Of a DNA stretch of 32,081 nt, positions 1-13,123 are shown one piece after another; the first letter of the stretch is position 1, and the number at the start of each line of letters is the position of its first letter. The DNA is taken from contig ADNK01003234.1 in the NCBI GenBank assembly GCA_000320545.1, forward strand, positions 1 through 32,081. The letters are read 5' to 3'. A model generated the notes under the pieces. That model ran no database searches. It had not been told where the DNA came from and saw only the letters and a program-made list of their open reading frames with translations. Position numbers and translations under genes: made by a program. The DNA comes from Bigelowiella natans CCMP2755. Its lineage: Eukaryota; Protista; Cercozoa.

Positions 1-189
1 GAAAAACCACCCCCCACAGGGCCCCCGGGGGGGGGGAAAAAAGGTTGTTTTTTCTTTTTTTTTCGGAGGGGGAAAAAAAAAGGGTGTTTTTGGTTTGTGG
101 GACAAACACACACACCCACAAACAACCCCCCCCCCCTTTTTTTTTTTTTCCCCCCCCCCCCCCCCCCCCCGCCCTTAACAGATGATTAC

Positions 190-1247
190 CTAGGAAGAAG
201 AGCGAGAACTTAGCTTTTTCGAAATGCTTCTCCGATATACACGTCATCCCTGCGGAACCACATCAAATAGCGACGGCAAAACCGAAGCAATTTCTGAGAT
301 TTCGCGCGATGCTGCGAACGTGCTTACTAGCGGTGCTTGATTCAGTTGGTGAAGATACACGTTTTTTACAGGTATACAACACAAACACATACACACAGAT
401 AGACAGATAGACAGACAAAAAATGATAGAGAGTAGATCCACGTCATCACCATTATCACCGCTGATGGAGGTAAACATCATACAAAGGCAAACATAGAGCA
501 GAGGATCACAGCAGTAGTGTCATCATCATCATCATCATCAGCACGAATCATTCTCGGACAACAACCCATGTATTTGGTGTAGAATTCCACGCTCTTCTTG
601 GGATCTTTCACCCGCAGCATCGTCTGAACATATCACAAACGCAAACGAAGTCGTATGAAACATCATCATCACACAGCACACACACACACACAAGAGGCTT
701 TTGATCTGCTAAACAGCTGTGCACGTAACAAACATCATCGTCATCAACCGTGTCATTATCATCGTCGTCATCATCGTCGTCATCATCATCACCATATCTC
801 GTGTACGAAAGCAGCATGCTTCTAATCTCCCCCCTCCTCCTCTCCCTCTACTATTACTACTACTACTACCCACTACTCCTACTGCTACGACTAATACTGT
901 ACTACCTGCTTGAGTGTGAAAGCTGCAAATCCCTTTTCCTCCAAGGCTATTGGGCGTTTCACGATTTCTACCCCAGTACCCATCCGGGTCGTAGGCAAAT
1001 GCTACAGCATAGAGATTTATGTCAGAAGGAGGAGAGAGGGGGGGGGGGGGGAGCGGAGGGAAGATTCATAAGTTTCTCCTCTCTCAGCAATCAAAGCTAA
1101 AGTTGGTAAAAACGACGAAGGCGATGGCGTTCAGCTACGAGTACAGAACTACAAGAACAGCAGTAGCTGTGCAATATTGATAGAAGGAAACATGCATTAC
1201 CAAGGCCTTTCATTCTTCCCTCATCAGGCTTTTTCTTAAAGGAAACC

Positions 1248-1283
<36 letters not shown>

Positions 1284-1494
1284 GCAGTAAAAAAAGAAGA
1301 GAGTTGTTCCCGCCCTTCAATTCCCATCCTGGTTCATGATGACCCCGCCCCTTGCATTTCATTGCGAAGACTTGCTTCATTCAAACCAACTTCGCTTCAT
1401 GCAAACAAAGGGCCTCAGCGGCACTGAGGATAGAAGACAACAGCAGCAGTGATTTTTGCTTCTTCAGAAACAAAAATCACCGTTGCTGTCGCAT

Positions 1495-1560
<66 letters not shown>

Positions 1561-1838
1561 CTTACTGTGTGCGTACGTGCGTCGCGTTATGAGTGCATGT
1601 TGTATGCTGTGTTATGTGTGCCACTACTACTACCACTACCACTACTACAATAACTACTACTACTACTACAATAACTACTACCCCTTGCTTCTCGAGCTCC
1701 TCACATGACTTGTAGACGTCGTCGCAGGCGAATGCAATATGGCCGAAGCTGTTTTGGAGTTTAATTCACACCATGATCCAATCAACACAGACCCTCCCAT
1801 ACACACACACACACACACACACACGCATACACACACGT

Positions 1839-1890
<52 letters not shown>

Positions 1891-2450
1891 GGAGGGGAAC
1901 AAAGAGGGACAAAAGAGGGAGGATCAGGGGGAGGGAGGAGGAAAAGAGAGGAGATTGATTACCCATCTCCCTTGCCATTGCCTGCATGGTAGACCTGGCC
2001 CTCTTCCTTCTCAGTACCCCAGTTGTGGGTCTAGATAATGGTGTGGATGAAATTAGGAGGGAGGAGCGAAGGGGGTGGATGATAATTTTGGGAAAAATGA
2101 AACGAGGACGATTCGAGGAGGAGGAGGAGATGGTGACGATGATGAGATGGTGACGATGATGATGACTACTTGCAAATTGACATCACGTAACATATGTTGT
2201 CGACGCGTTGAAGTAGATTAAATACACTACGTTTTTATTACTAGGTCATTGTATAATAGCCCCCCGCCCTCCCCATCTAGCCCCCCATTAATTTCTCAAC
2301 TAGTTCAAGCGTGGTCCCTGGATACGACCAGAGATATTTGCGAGCCTGGATTTATTGTCAGGTGGGGAAGATACGATATATATTTTTATTTTGGCAGTTG
2401 ATATGGTACAAAAGTAGATACTGCTTGTACACCCACACTTCACGCGCGCG

Positions 2451-2490
<40 letters not shown>

Positions 2491-3327
2491 TATATATATT
2501 TATATATATTCGCCAGGAAACTGAGGGAGGACTACTCAAAACATTTATATGAGCACTGAAAACTGAAAACTGAAAAATATTTCATTATTGCATACAGCCG
2601 TGCTCTCCTCCTTTTGGTCGCCAACCTCTTTGGTCCCAGGCTTCGGAGGATTTGCCTCTCCTTTCGGCACACTCGCCAAGAAGTAGCTGGAGAGGCGGAT
2701 GAGGACGGTATGTTAATTAAGAGGAAAACGAAAGGGCAGGGGTATGATTTTTACAGGCTAAATTTCATGCTGGGGAAGTCCATGTTGTCCATCAGTGTCA
2801 TCCCAAACCTGCAAGAAACACAGTGAATAATGAGTGTGCGCAGACTAGTCCATGTGGGATAAAACATCAATATACTTCATTCCCAGCGTCTGACTGTCGA
2901 TTTAGAAAGTAAAATCGAGTGTTTCATGTCAACATTGAGCCCTTATACTGCGAGGTTTGGGGAGGGTTCATATTCCCCATCCTAATAGTGATTTTTTCTG
3001 AATTCTCACTTCTCCTGATAAAACTTGACAGAAGCCTTGGGATCTTTAACCCGCATCATTGATTGCTGCCATGTCGGGTTTCCGGTAACCTTACTCTGAA
3101 AGGAGAAGGACTGTTAGATGATAGTTCATCATCGATCTCTTTTCGTTCGGTTCGTCAATTAGGCGTGATTTCGAAGATGTTGGTCGGAAATTAAAAATTG
3201 ATTCTTGTCATCGAGCCGAAACGGCGTGAAGAATCGAATAACAGTTGATTATTTCGTTCTCAACGATAGCAATCAGACTCTTTGTTGGGTACGTGGTGTG
3301 GGGGACGGATGAGCGCACCTCAGCCAT
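190..3327 (-). CDS. GLO1: Lactoylglutathione lyase (glyoxalase I), two-domain monomeric type; multi-exon, 3' end runs off the window start
   Basis: Manual GT-AG splicing from ATG 3327 gives MAE|SKVTGNPTWQQSMMRVKDPKASVKFYQEK|FGMTLMDNMDFPSMKFSL|YFLASVPKGEANPPKPGTKE|ARKYLWSYPGTTLEL|THNWGTEKEEGQVYHAGNGKGDG|FGHIAFACDDVYKSCEELEKQG|VSFKKKPDEGRMKGL|AFAYDPDGYWVEIVKR...FTLKQ|TMLRVKDPKKSVEFYTKYMG|MTCISEKHFEKAKFSLFFL. Diagnostic Glo1 motifs are present (QQxMxRVKDP, LELTHNWGTE, GFGHIA, DPDGYWVE), then a second domain begins. All intron phases are consistent. Confidence 0.95.
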
Positions 3328-3847
3328 GTTGGTGCTTTAGATATTTGGAATCATTCCCAAAGACGACAACCTTAATTGGTTGTCGCACCATCCAAATCAT
3401 CGATAATACTTAATTAATTTTATAGCCAAATAATTCTTTCTTGCGACTGCCTTTCAAAGATTTTTTTGGATGACGCACCGTAAAAATGCAGAGAATATGT
3501 GCCTGGGATTTGGAAGTACGAAGTAGTAGAGCACGCACTGAAATCAATCACTGCGACAACATTTTTAAATATGTCGCAGGCCACATATCGCCACTGGAAT
3601 GCAATAACGGCTGTAGGAAACTGCTGAAAAGAAGGGAAATGTTCCCTCTGTTGTTACCCAACCGCTCTTTTTTGGTTGTCGCACAAAAGGAATCGCCTCT
3701 ACATTGCCGAGGGAAAGCTCGCTTGCAAATCCCGACCCCTCGAACGTGTGTTTATCCCTCACTTCCTCCCACATACGGACAATGGCTGGTGCCGGTGAAG
3801 CGAAAGCGGCGTAGCGGAGGGATCGATTCCGACTGAAAAAGTAAGCG
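3328..3847. promoter_or_regulatory. Bidirectional promoter region (Glo1 / PDZ gene) with repeated TGTCGCA motif
   Basis: Lies between divergent ATGs. TTGGTTGTCGCAC occurs at 3376 and 3672, with the inverted pair CTGCGACA (3551) / TGTCGCAG (3572). Confidence 0.6.
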
Positions 3848-6800
3848 ATGTCATACTTACCTAGCAACCTCCGCGAAAGGGACGGTGGAACGCTTCTTTG
3901 CCGGTTTCCGAAGGGTCCAACCGGAATGCAGCTATCAGGGACAATAGTGAAGAAAGTGCTACCTGGAAGGTAATTGCATCACGGCTACCGCTGTCGTAAA
4001 ATAAATCTGCCGCAAATACCAGTAGAAGTGTGAGTATTCCTGTTGGCAACCCTCTCTCTCCATATACTGGCAGACCCACACATGACACACTAATGTGGGT
4101 GGGGGGGAAAGTTGTGTGTTATATTGGTATCCAAGTATGTATCCATCAATGGCTTCTCTTCCTGCTTTTAAGAGAGAAATGTATGGTTTATTGTAGTGCG
4201 GCGGACCAATTCGGCATTCAACCCGGATGGCGCTTTGTGAGCATCGGCGGGTTCACTGTACCGCAAAGCAACAACGAAGACGACAAAGAGTTCGTGTAAG
4301 ATCCAACCCCTCTTCCATCATCCCTCCCAACTTCTACCTTCTTGGAAGGCAGCAGTCCATTATTCTTCCTCATATCGTTTTTCTCGTCTCCTGGGTCTAT
4401 GACACTCACGTCACAAAGCTAATAAATGGCTGCCATTGCTGCTACTACCCAAAGGTATGGAATGATAGACAAGGCCCTTAGCTCGGAAGACGGGATGGTG
4501 ATTGAGTTCAAAATTCCATCAGAGAGTAGGCCTACGTCCAGCACCGCTAGCACTTCACTGCAGCGGCCGCTGTCCTCCTCCGGCTCGCAGCTCAAGCCCC
4601 AAACTGATAATAGCCGTCGTCGTTGCCGGCCCGCCTTCCATCAATCTTTGCGTATCATGCAAAAAAGAATGAACAGCAGTAGTGGCAGGGGTAGAAGCGG
4701 CACACTGGGCCATAGCTCTAGCTTTCATATTACAGGAAAGGTGGTTGCACGATCAGGAGCTTATGTACGCGCGGGTGCAACGCTATCCTCCTCCTTGCTT
4801 GACAAGTTGCCGGTCCACACCATCGTTCTTGTGAGCGAAATACGGGGAAGGAGGGCTAAAATTGAGCTACCATGTGAGGGATGGCTGTCGATCTACAACT
4901 CCCACGGCGGGGCGATCGTCAGGCTGGACGAAAAGGCATTTCTCAAGACAAGCCCAAAGCACTTTCCCCGGCCTCGAAGTGCTTGCGGAAGAAGTGGTAG
5001 GAGGGTGGGAATGAGGGGAGGATTGACCAGCGCTGACGCTGATCCCAACAGTAGTATTTCGTAGTTTTTTTGGTTTCGCAGGTGGAGACAAGTTCCACAC
5101 CAATACCACATCCGCGCGCATTCGTGAAAACACACACACACACACACACACACGCACAAACACACGTCGCGATGTCTCTATCAGGAATAATGGAGTTGTC
5201 TAGGGGAGGAAGTGCCGGTGGCGACACAAAGGATAGCGCCAAAACGAGAAGCATCTCCCAAGATACTTCGTCACATGAGATCCTGCTGATCCCTGAGAAC
5301 GAGGATAAGGCTGCTGCTGCTGCTACTTCTCCTACCACACGGTCGCCGCCTTCTAAAGCAGGCTCCTCTGCAGGACAACAGTTCAGATTAGATGTGAACG
5401 AGGGTGGGGAGATGGCAGACGCAAAAAGAGTTCGGCCCGAAGAATCATCCGTGAGAAAGCGTGAGGTAGAAAGGAAGGTGAAGAGTGTTGATGCCAAGCA
5501 CCTGAAGCAGGTCAGCTTCCTCACCAAGGTATGTGCTCTAAAGGGGGGGGGGGGGGGGGGGTAGAACATGCACACGACGTAAGCACGCATAAACGAACCC
5601 GGGTCTGAGACAAACGCTCACCCATATGTGCGATTGGATCAATATTTGCCATATGATGAGGTTGTATATATTAGTGCGTGAGCGACCTAACCGCGGAGCT
5701 CGAACGCGAGGTGAGCAAACGGCGAGATGCGGCCGCTGTATCCAGGTCCACGGTGGAGACGTTTAGAGAGGAAATCGCTGCGCTGGTGGCCGAGAGGGAT
5801 GGCTTGCAGGATAGGGTGGGGATCCTCGAGCGAAGGTTGGAAGCTCAGGCAGCATCTACAGACCAAGGTAGCTGTCATACCTCTGCATTGTAGAATCATG
5901 AGAAGAGGTGTGGATGTCTTCGAGGCCACGGTGAAAACACCATTATTCCTGGACTTGGATGTCTGAAACAGAGAATTGCAATTCGGGGGAGAGGGGAGGG
6001 GGAGGGGGAGGGGGAGGGACCGCAATGCAGAAAGAAAAAGGAGCTATTGTCTTGCTGCTGCTATCTACGCGCATAGGACGAGCGATCATCGGCGTTTCCC
6101 CCCCTTAGGAGAAATACGCGCGAACCATTCTCACATCATGCTGTTTCTCGAAAGTCAAAATTCCACTCCTCCTTTTTGCAGCCCGGGAGACGCTCGAGCG
6201 AAAGGCGGCACAGCGCGCGGTGGACCTGCACGACTGGACGACGACCGTGGCGAACCTCAAGAAGCTCCACAGGTCTCAGCTCCACGCTCTGGAGCAGGCC
6301 CACGCCAAACAGCTTCTGGCAGTAGAGAGAGCGCAAACGTCGCGGGTGCTGAGTCTCGAGAAGCGCCTGGAAGAAGCTCAGCAGCAGCGCGGCCAGGTGA
6401 CGAAGAAGAGCATGCCGATAGATAGGGTATCATCGGGTGGCGAACAATCGCCTAATGAGAAGAAGGAGGAAGAGAAAGACAGCAAGCTCTCCTACGTCCT
6501 AAAGGTTGCTGATGGCGACAGCGCTGTGAAGCAGCAGCAGCAGCGCGACGGATACTATCTGAAAACTACGAGTGACGCTGTACGGGTTAACGAGGCAGCC
6601 AAAGCGGAGCGTAAAGTGCCCGGCACAACCCCCGCCGACGACGTTCACCACATCCCCACCGCAGCGTCCCCCCGTCGGTGGGGAGCGATGCACAGCAATA
6701 ATAGGATATCAATGGAGGACACGATGATGCTGCCGGTCGGGGCCAGGAGAGCATTGCCGAGAGCATCATCAATGCCAACGTCCCTGTGGAAATCATCTAG

Positions 6801-7268
6801 ACCAGTCCGTGATGGGGTGTGTACACTCCAACCAACACGCTCGCACGCACGCACGCACGCAGCGAGCGCATACACTTGTTCTAATCGGTATCTCCTTCCT
6901 TGCCTATTCTGTTGTACCAGGCTAGCGAGGCCTTCGCCTTGTTCTCGGCGGCTCGGACAGAGGCTTTCGCAGACATCGATGTCAGCTCACAGTGCAGCAT
7001 TAACAGCTACGGGATCTCCCACCCCTTTGACGTAGGAGCCAACAGCAATCCTGGGGATGCTCGGGGGTTGGCCACGATCTCTCGGTATCACACCCAGTCG
7101 TCGTCGGCGATAAAGAGATCTTCTGCGGCGCGCCAGAAGGTGAAACGCCCTGGATCTGCACAGCCTCATCGCCGATACTACTCCCAGCAGGGTGCGGGAA
7201 GGAGAGACTCTGTTAGACAAATTGTGGCTACGTTCGAGTCCAGGAGCAGCAGCGCATCGCTCCAATGA
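3848..7268 (+). CDS. Hypothetical protein: N-terminal PDZ-like domain, SH3b-like domain, coiled coil and disordered tail; about 8 exons
   Basis: Spliced N-terminus reads MSYLP...CRFPKGPTGMQLSGTIVKKVLPGS|AADQFGIQPGWRFVSIGG..., matching the PDZ pattern (G-x-G-phi, V..V..GS.A...G...G..I..I.G). It is followed by GKVVARSGAYVRAGATLSSSLLDKLPVHTIVLVSEIRGRRAKIELPCEGWLS (SH3b-like VR...GW.S) and E/K/Q/L-rich heptads at 5676-5867 and 6182-6400. Phases are consistent through TGA 7268. Internal exons near 5000-5185 are less certain. Confidence 0.75.
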
Positions 7269-7803
7269 CCCTTTTCCAATGCTGGACCTCTTCGTATCTG
7301 ACGCTTCTGAAAGCAATGCAACAGAGAGCATTTAACCTGCACGAGTGTGCCTGGAAGATGACATCGACAGCACGCCACATGAACAACATAGAGGCAGCAG
7401 GGCCAAATTAAATGGACACGATTTATGTAATCAGATATGTACAAAACAGGTGCAATATAGCACGAAGCTAACCCTAACCCTTCCCACACGCCACATGCTC
7501 GTCTAGTCGAATCAATCTAGGGATGTTGTTAAAAGGCTATATGCGTTTACAGACGCATGCATGTCTCTACAACGTTTCGTCTAGCGCAGTTGTAGGTTCA
7601 TGAGCATAGTAGCACACACCGTCGATCTGACCTGCATCGACTTATTACGTTTGTGTGGATGCATGTGCACGGGCGCCGCGCGCGTGCTCGCACGTATCGG
7701 TCATGCGACATGATGACAGGGATGCTTGAAAACACATATGCATGCACGTAATGACGGAAACCAACAGATGCAACATGCATGAGCGCTGTATAGCTGGATC
7801 GGA

Positions 7804-7884
7804 TAGCCGCAGCATTGTACGACAACACACTAGGATGACAATTGAAAATATTTAATTACTTCGACATACATCCGTCTCACACTG
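7804..7884. repeat. Dispersed twin-hairpin repeat, copy A (degenerate)
   Basis: TAGCCGCAGCATTG...CACTAGGATGAC-AT-rich-CATCCGTCTCACACTG aligns by eye with the copies at 20006, 25835 and 25916. Confidence 0.8.
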
Positions 7885-8107
7885 TGTATACCGTGTGCGT
7901 ATAGCAATGCATGTGAGAGCAGATACGCTGCATGTGTCTGTCGTCATAGCACTCAAGCACCACACGTCGTACGTATTACTGGCGGGAATGAGGCCTTCTA
8001 AGCTGCTGCTGGTGTACTACATCTAGATGGATGAAAATAAACATCAGCAGCATGCTTTACATGCATTATGTATCTATCGAGAGATGCTACAACAGCATAT
8101 TCACAAC

Positions 8108-10066
8108 TCAAACTGCGTCCTTAATGTGCGAGACAGCGAGCAGGGCGAAGTCCCTACGCATGGCCATCATGAGATCATCCTCGTGCACATCAGAGGCAAC
8201 CCAGGCATTTGGTCTTAATGTCTGCATGCTCTCCTGCGGTCGCGTGTCCGTCCAAGTGTGACCTTTGAAATCGCCCCCAACCCCCACGCGAACTCCCAGC
8301 CGCCTCAGCTGGAACAGCTGCGGGTAGAGCAAGTAGCCAATAGCCGCTGGGTCATGAAGGTATATGCACCGCTGCGTCCATTCCAGCATAAGGCCATCGA
8401 GATATCGTACGAGTTTCTCTAGAATATTCACGACCTCGCTCCCGTTTGCCCCCCCCCCCCCTCCATCTTGACGCCATCGTCATCACCCCCACGGCTACCG
8501 TCGCCGCTATTCCTTTCCCTCAGAAGTATCGAGGCTATGGAATCCTTGAGCAGCTTGTTTTGCTCAGGGGTCCAGCAGACCTGCTGCGTGACGTCGAGGG
8601 GAACGAGCGTCAGCGTTGATCTCAGGCTGCTTCGCGCGCCCGTTTGCATAACGGCTGCTGCAGATTCGGCGTCGGACCAGAAGTTGAATTCAGCGAGGGC
8701 ATTCATGTTGCCACGCGCATTGTAACCGTCCTCCGTACCGTCGAACCCGAAACCCTGCTCGATGATCATCCGGGGGGGGGGGGGGTGTAAAAGAAAGGCA
8801 GAGTAGGGTTATCAATCGTCGACGCGGAGAGGCAAATGGGACGGCAGAACTTTTGCACGGAAACCCAAGACAGCATTATGTTGTTCGTGCGTGGCTATGC
8901 ATACATCATTTGCTTCCCTGAAAACACCTAATTCGTCGTTATCACGGGGTGAATTGCAGACAGAATGAGAGGCGTTGCTATCAAGATGGCGGAACGATCC
9001 CACCGCTCGATGCTATGTTACTGACCCCGCCCATAATGACGATTTCCCTCGCACGCGACAGGATTCCTGGACGAATCTTTTCCGCTTGCGCTAGATTTGT
9101 GAGAGGCCCAATCGCTACGATAGTGATACTGTGCATGTCATGCTTGAGAAGTAGATCTACCAAAAGCTGCGGGCTGGAGGCTGTACTTTTGTACTCAGGC
9201 AGTAGTGCCTCGGAAAGATTCGAAGCTTGGAGCAGGTGCTCGGTGAGACCGCCAAGGCCATCATCGCCGTAGAATAAGTCACTCTCGTTTTCACTCCCAT
9301 CGTCACGCGTTCCGCTCCTCCCGAACGTCAGGCCTTAGTTTAGAAAGCGCGTCGGCGCGTACGTGTGCGGAGAGCGTGTGCGCATGTGTGAATCGTCCGA
9401 AGAAAAATCGTTGGGAAAGGTGGAGCAAACATTTCAAACAGCGTATATTCTAAGAGTGCGTGCGCGCGTCATTTTTCGGTGTCTTCTGTCGCCACAGCAT
9501 CATCAGTTTTCTTGATAAGCAAGTGCTCGCTCCTAATACCTTTTGATCTGAGGGCCGGGAAGAAGTAGGTGGAGATGACCGCGTTTCTATGCACGAGCCT
9601 GGCATCGACGTTCCCAGCAACGGTTGTGATGGCAATGAGTTCCAGCAGACCACGTTGATGTCCACCGATCATCCACCAAATCGCTAATAAGTCGTCTACT
9701 CCTGGGTCGCAGTCGAGAATCACCTTGGCTGCAGTCGTCGCCGCCACCTCCTCTGAGGGAGATGATGACGATGACGGTCCCGATTTTGTCGCTGGCTCAG
9801 GGCACGTACGGTCGTGAGTATTTTCGTCGCATCTGAACGATAATTTTCTGAGAGTTCTGTTGTGATTCAAAAGCGAGGTAGCGGATGGGGCTTCCGGCAG
9901 GATTACGCATGCAGGGGATAACAAAGATTAGGTGGAACCCTCGTTTTCACCTGTCTAGATCTCCTGGAGCTGCGGCTGCGATGGATGCAGTGCGAGTACT
10001 GATTACGAACAGACAAGTAGCCCACCAAATGATCATACGAGCCCTGCAGGTTACTCGGGCGGCCAT
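8108..10066 (-). CDS. Inosine/uridine-preferring nucleoside hydrolase family protein with N-terminal signal-like leader; 5 exons
   Basis: Exons are about 10066-9951, 9856-9540, 9333-9026, 8755-8499 and 8418-8108. Motifs: VILDCDPGVDD (DxDxxxDD), ITTVAGN, GDDGLG, IVAIGPLTNLA, IVIMGG, GN...AEFNFWSD, LVPLDVT and YLHDP. Exon 1 encodes MAARVTCRARMIIWWATCLFVISTRTASIAAAA. Confidence 0.92.
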
Positions 10067-10513
10067 GCGAACCGATTTGATCGGGAACGGAAGTGTTCCC
10101 GCCAAAACAATCCAGTTTTCCATCTACGACAACAAATATTTCTTGTCGTTTGTTCCATGATGTCAGAAGTGGGGTATAAAACAAAGACAAAATAGTTTCT
10201 CCTTTTTATCACTGCGACACGAAATATTGCCCTTGTGTTGAGAAAATGCGACGGATTTCGGTCAATACCACATACCCCTTGAATCTGCAAAGAGTTGCTT
10301 CTGAGAGTGAACGAGGAGCATTTTGATCCCGGGAACATCTCGGCATGGTTTTTCCCCTCACTCACATTATCCGTCCAGATATGCGCCATGATCTGTCTGA
10401 AAATGATCGAAAACTAAAATTTAACCTCAAAATATCGTAATATTTTTCTCCAAATGGAATTGCGGTGAACCCAAATCGTGCAGAGTTCAGGAGCCTGCAA
10501 GTTCGATCCCACC
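10067..10513. promoter_or_regulatory. Bidirectional promoter region (nucleoside hydrolase / GH5)
   Basis: 447 bp, relatively AT-rich and SSR-free, between divergent start codons. Confidence 0.6.
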
Positions 10514-11432
10514 ATGGCCCCAAACGCTCTTGCGTCTTGCCTCCTCCTTGGAGCTGTGTTTTGCCATGCAACAAAGCTGCCAGCCGTACATCTCTCTCAG
10601 CGGTCCACAGGCGAGAGGACGTTTAGAAGTGAAGAGGGCAGAGAGGTGGGTGACTCCCCGCTCGCGATTGACACGACGATTGGTGAGACTTGTTTTTGAC
10701 GTTACCTTCTTAGTTAATCTTCCATGGGGTTAACGCAATCGTCAAAGGACCTCCATGGCATCCTGTCCATGATGAGTTCTCCCTCGACCTCTCGATGACT
10801 GACAAGGTACTCCTACTGTCAATTGTAACACGCGGCTCCACGGAAGAACGTGTGCGACTTATTCATTTCCGCCGACGGCGTTCCTCCGCAAAAAGGACCG
10901 CTTCTAATTCCTCTAGTCCACGAGTTTGCCTACTTGCGGTTGCTCTCTAACTCGTAGCTTTGAGGTTATCCGTCGCCATTCGTTGAAATTCAGAAACTGT
11001 TGGTAGGATTTCGAGATTATGCACTCGCTGGGACTTAATCTGATTCGTCTTGGGATGATGTGGCCAGGGGTTGAACCACAGGTGGTTTTTCCCTGCTGTC
11101 GTCTTTCTGCCGCTGCAACAACAGCTCGACACAGAATACGGCCTTCCGAACATGAACTTTCCTCAGAAGTTTCCCCGCCCGTTTCTTGGCGTTCTTGTTT
11201 AGTCTCTTACCACTGTTCCATCCAACACATCACAGCAGCGCGGGCAGTACAATACCACATACTTGGACGTGCTGAAGAATATCTCTACGAGGGCTGCACA
11301 GTATGGGATCTATACGTTACTGGATATGCACCAGGACGTGCTCTCCGAGGTAGTATTACACACCGACACACGCATGTATAAAAGTATATAATACTTTGTT
11401 ACCAAACATTACGCAACACTTTACTCAAGATG

Positions 11433-11483
<51 letters not shown>

Positions 11484-11568
11484 TGTATATTATTGGTTAT
11501 TTTATATTCATGTGTGTGCTTGGTACACACGATATACAGTATAATATCTTGTAGCTGCCTGCCATCAC

Positions 11569-11600
<32 letters not shown>

Positions 11601-11879
11601 CCATCATCATCATACTATGATAGGCCTTTTGTGGTGAGGGTATCCCAAAATGGGCTGTGCATTCCGACTACGGCTTTCACTTCTTCAAAGGTCACACAAC
11701 GTGTAGAGAAAGAGCACCGCCAACCACAATCACCGACGTCGGAATGAAGCATTTAGACAATCCTGAGTAGCAGAATAGAGAACAGACGCATGGCCACCTC
11801 ACGATTGCTCATTCTTCCGATGTTTTTCATGTTGGGCGTGTGCAATTGAGAATAGTACTCTTCCTCTTCCTCGCTCTCC

Positions 11880-11937
<58 letters not shown>

Positions 11938-12076
11938 AGAGAGGGAGAGATCCTAATCCCTACATGCTGCACGTGCACTTGTTATCCCCCCCATCTCATC
12001 CAATTTTTTTTGTCGATGAAGGATTTCCGGCTCCCTTAGCGAAGGCGTACACCGATAAGTACCTACCTACCTACCT

Positions 12077-12110
<34 letters not shown>

Positions 12111-13091
12111 GAGGAAGAAGCAGTAGCACAACAGTCTCTTGTGCATCAGTATGAAAAGAAGCAGTCGAGAAACAATAGAGTATATCGTTCAACACACATT
12201 ATCATATCCTCTATATTATATTTTATTATATCCTCTATATAGTAAAGTGTATTGTGGCGCATGGGATGTAATATTCCGTGGTTTTCAGGGACGAAGTCGG
12301 ATTCCCCACGCGGCAGGATTGCGCGAAGTAGGGCACATCACGCAATGATATCTGTGTCGTTGATGTCGATGATGATGCTGCTGCCGCTGATGATGATGAC
12401 GATGATGATGATAATGATGATGAGGTAGAAGCTTCTTTATTCTTATATTGTTGTTGTTGTTTGCCTTTGTCAAGGTTTAACTGGCCGAACTACTACCAAA
12501 GCGAGGCGACGGCGTCAGCCTTCCAGGTATCTAGTGGTCATGATAGTAATCGAGGGAGGGGGGGGGGGGGGGGAGGAGGAGAAGATATTCATTGCAAGAA
12601 ATTCTTGGTGAATTGAACATATCGATGTTTTTACCCTGCGACGCGCATCGTTGTTACTCCTCCTCTGGAAGTGCAAAGGCCACAGCTGTGATTGCGTGCT
12701 TGTTCCCTTCCTGGATCTGACCAAACTTTCGAAATCCCTGTCGCACGGATGGGGGATCGATCGTTCAAGCTGCTTGTTGCGTTTGCGTGTGCGTGTGCGT
12801 GTGTGTGTGCGTTGTGTACGTGCAAAAGTGATTCATTGTTGTTGTTGTTGTTGTTTGCACCAGGCTCTCTACAGCAACCAGAGCGGCCTCCTGGATGCTT
12901 GGGGAGAGATGTGGGCCTTCGTGGCGAAATACTTCAAAGATGACCCAAACATCCTCGGTAGGGAGGGGGGGGGGAGAGGAGGAGGAGGAGGAAGAAGAAG
13001 AAGAAGAAGAAGAGGGAGGAATATGTGAGCAATTCCGCATCAGACAAGAGCCCCCCATGCGCAGGAGCACTACGCAAGCACATCGATCGGC

Positions 13092-13123
<32 letters not shown>

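Noticed and set aside
1-178. Homopolymer-rich segment as a telomere or special repeat
   Set aside because: No periodic telomeric unit. It looks like intronic low-complexity or low-quality sequence within the Glo1 gene.
5985-6018. (GGGGGA)n G-quadruplex motif
   Set aside because: One of many intronic G-runs in an SSR-rich genome, with no specific evidence of function.
8419-8498. Apparent frameshift at the G13 run in the nucleoside hydrolase
   Set aside because: An 80-nt GT-AG intron (8498-8419, phase 1) restores the frame (D|EKLVRY). A homopolymer assembly error is a secondary possibility. No programmed frameshift or pseudogene call is needed.
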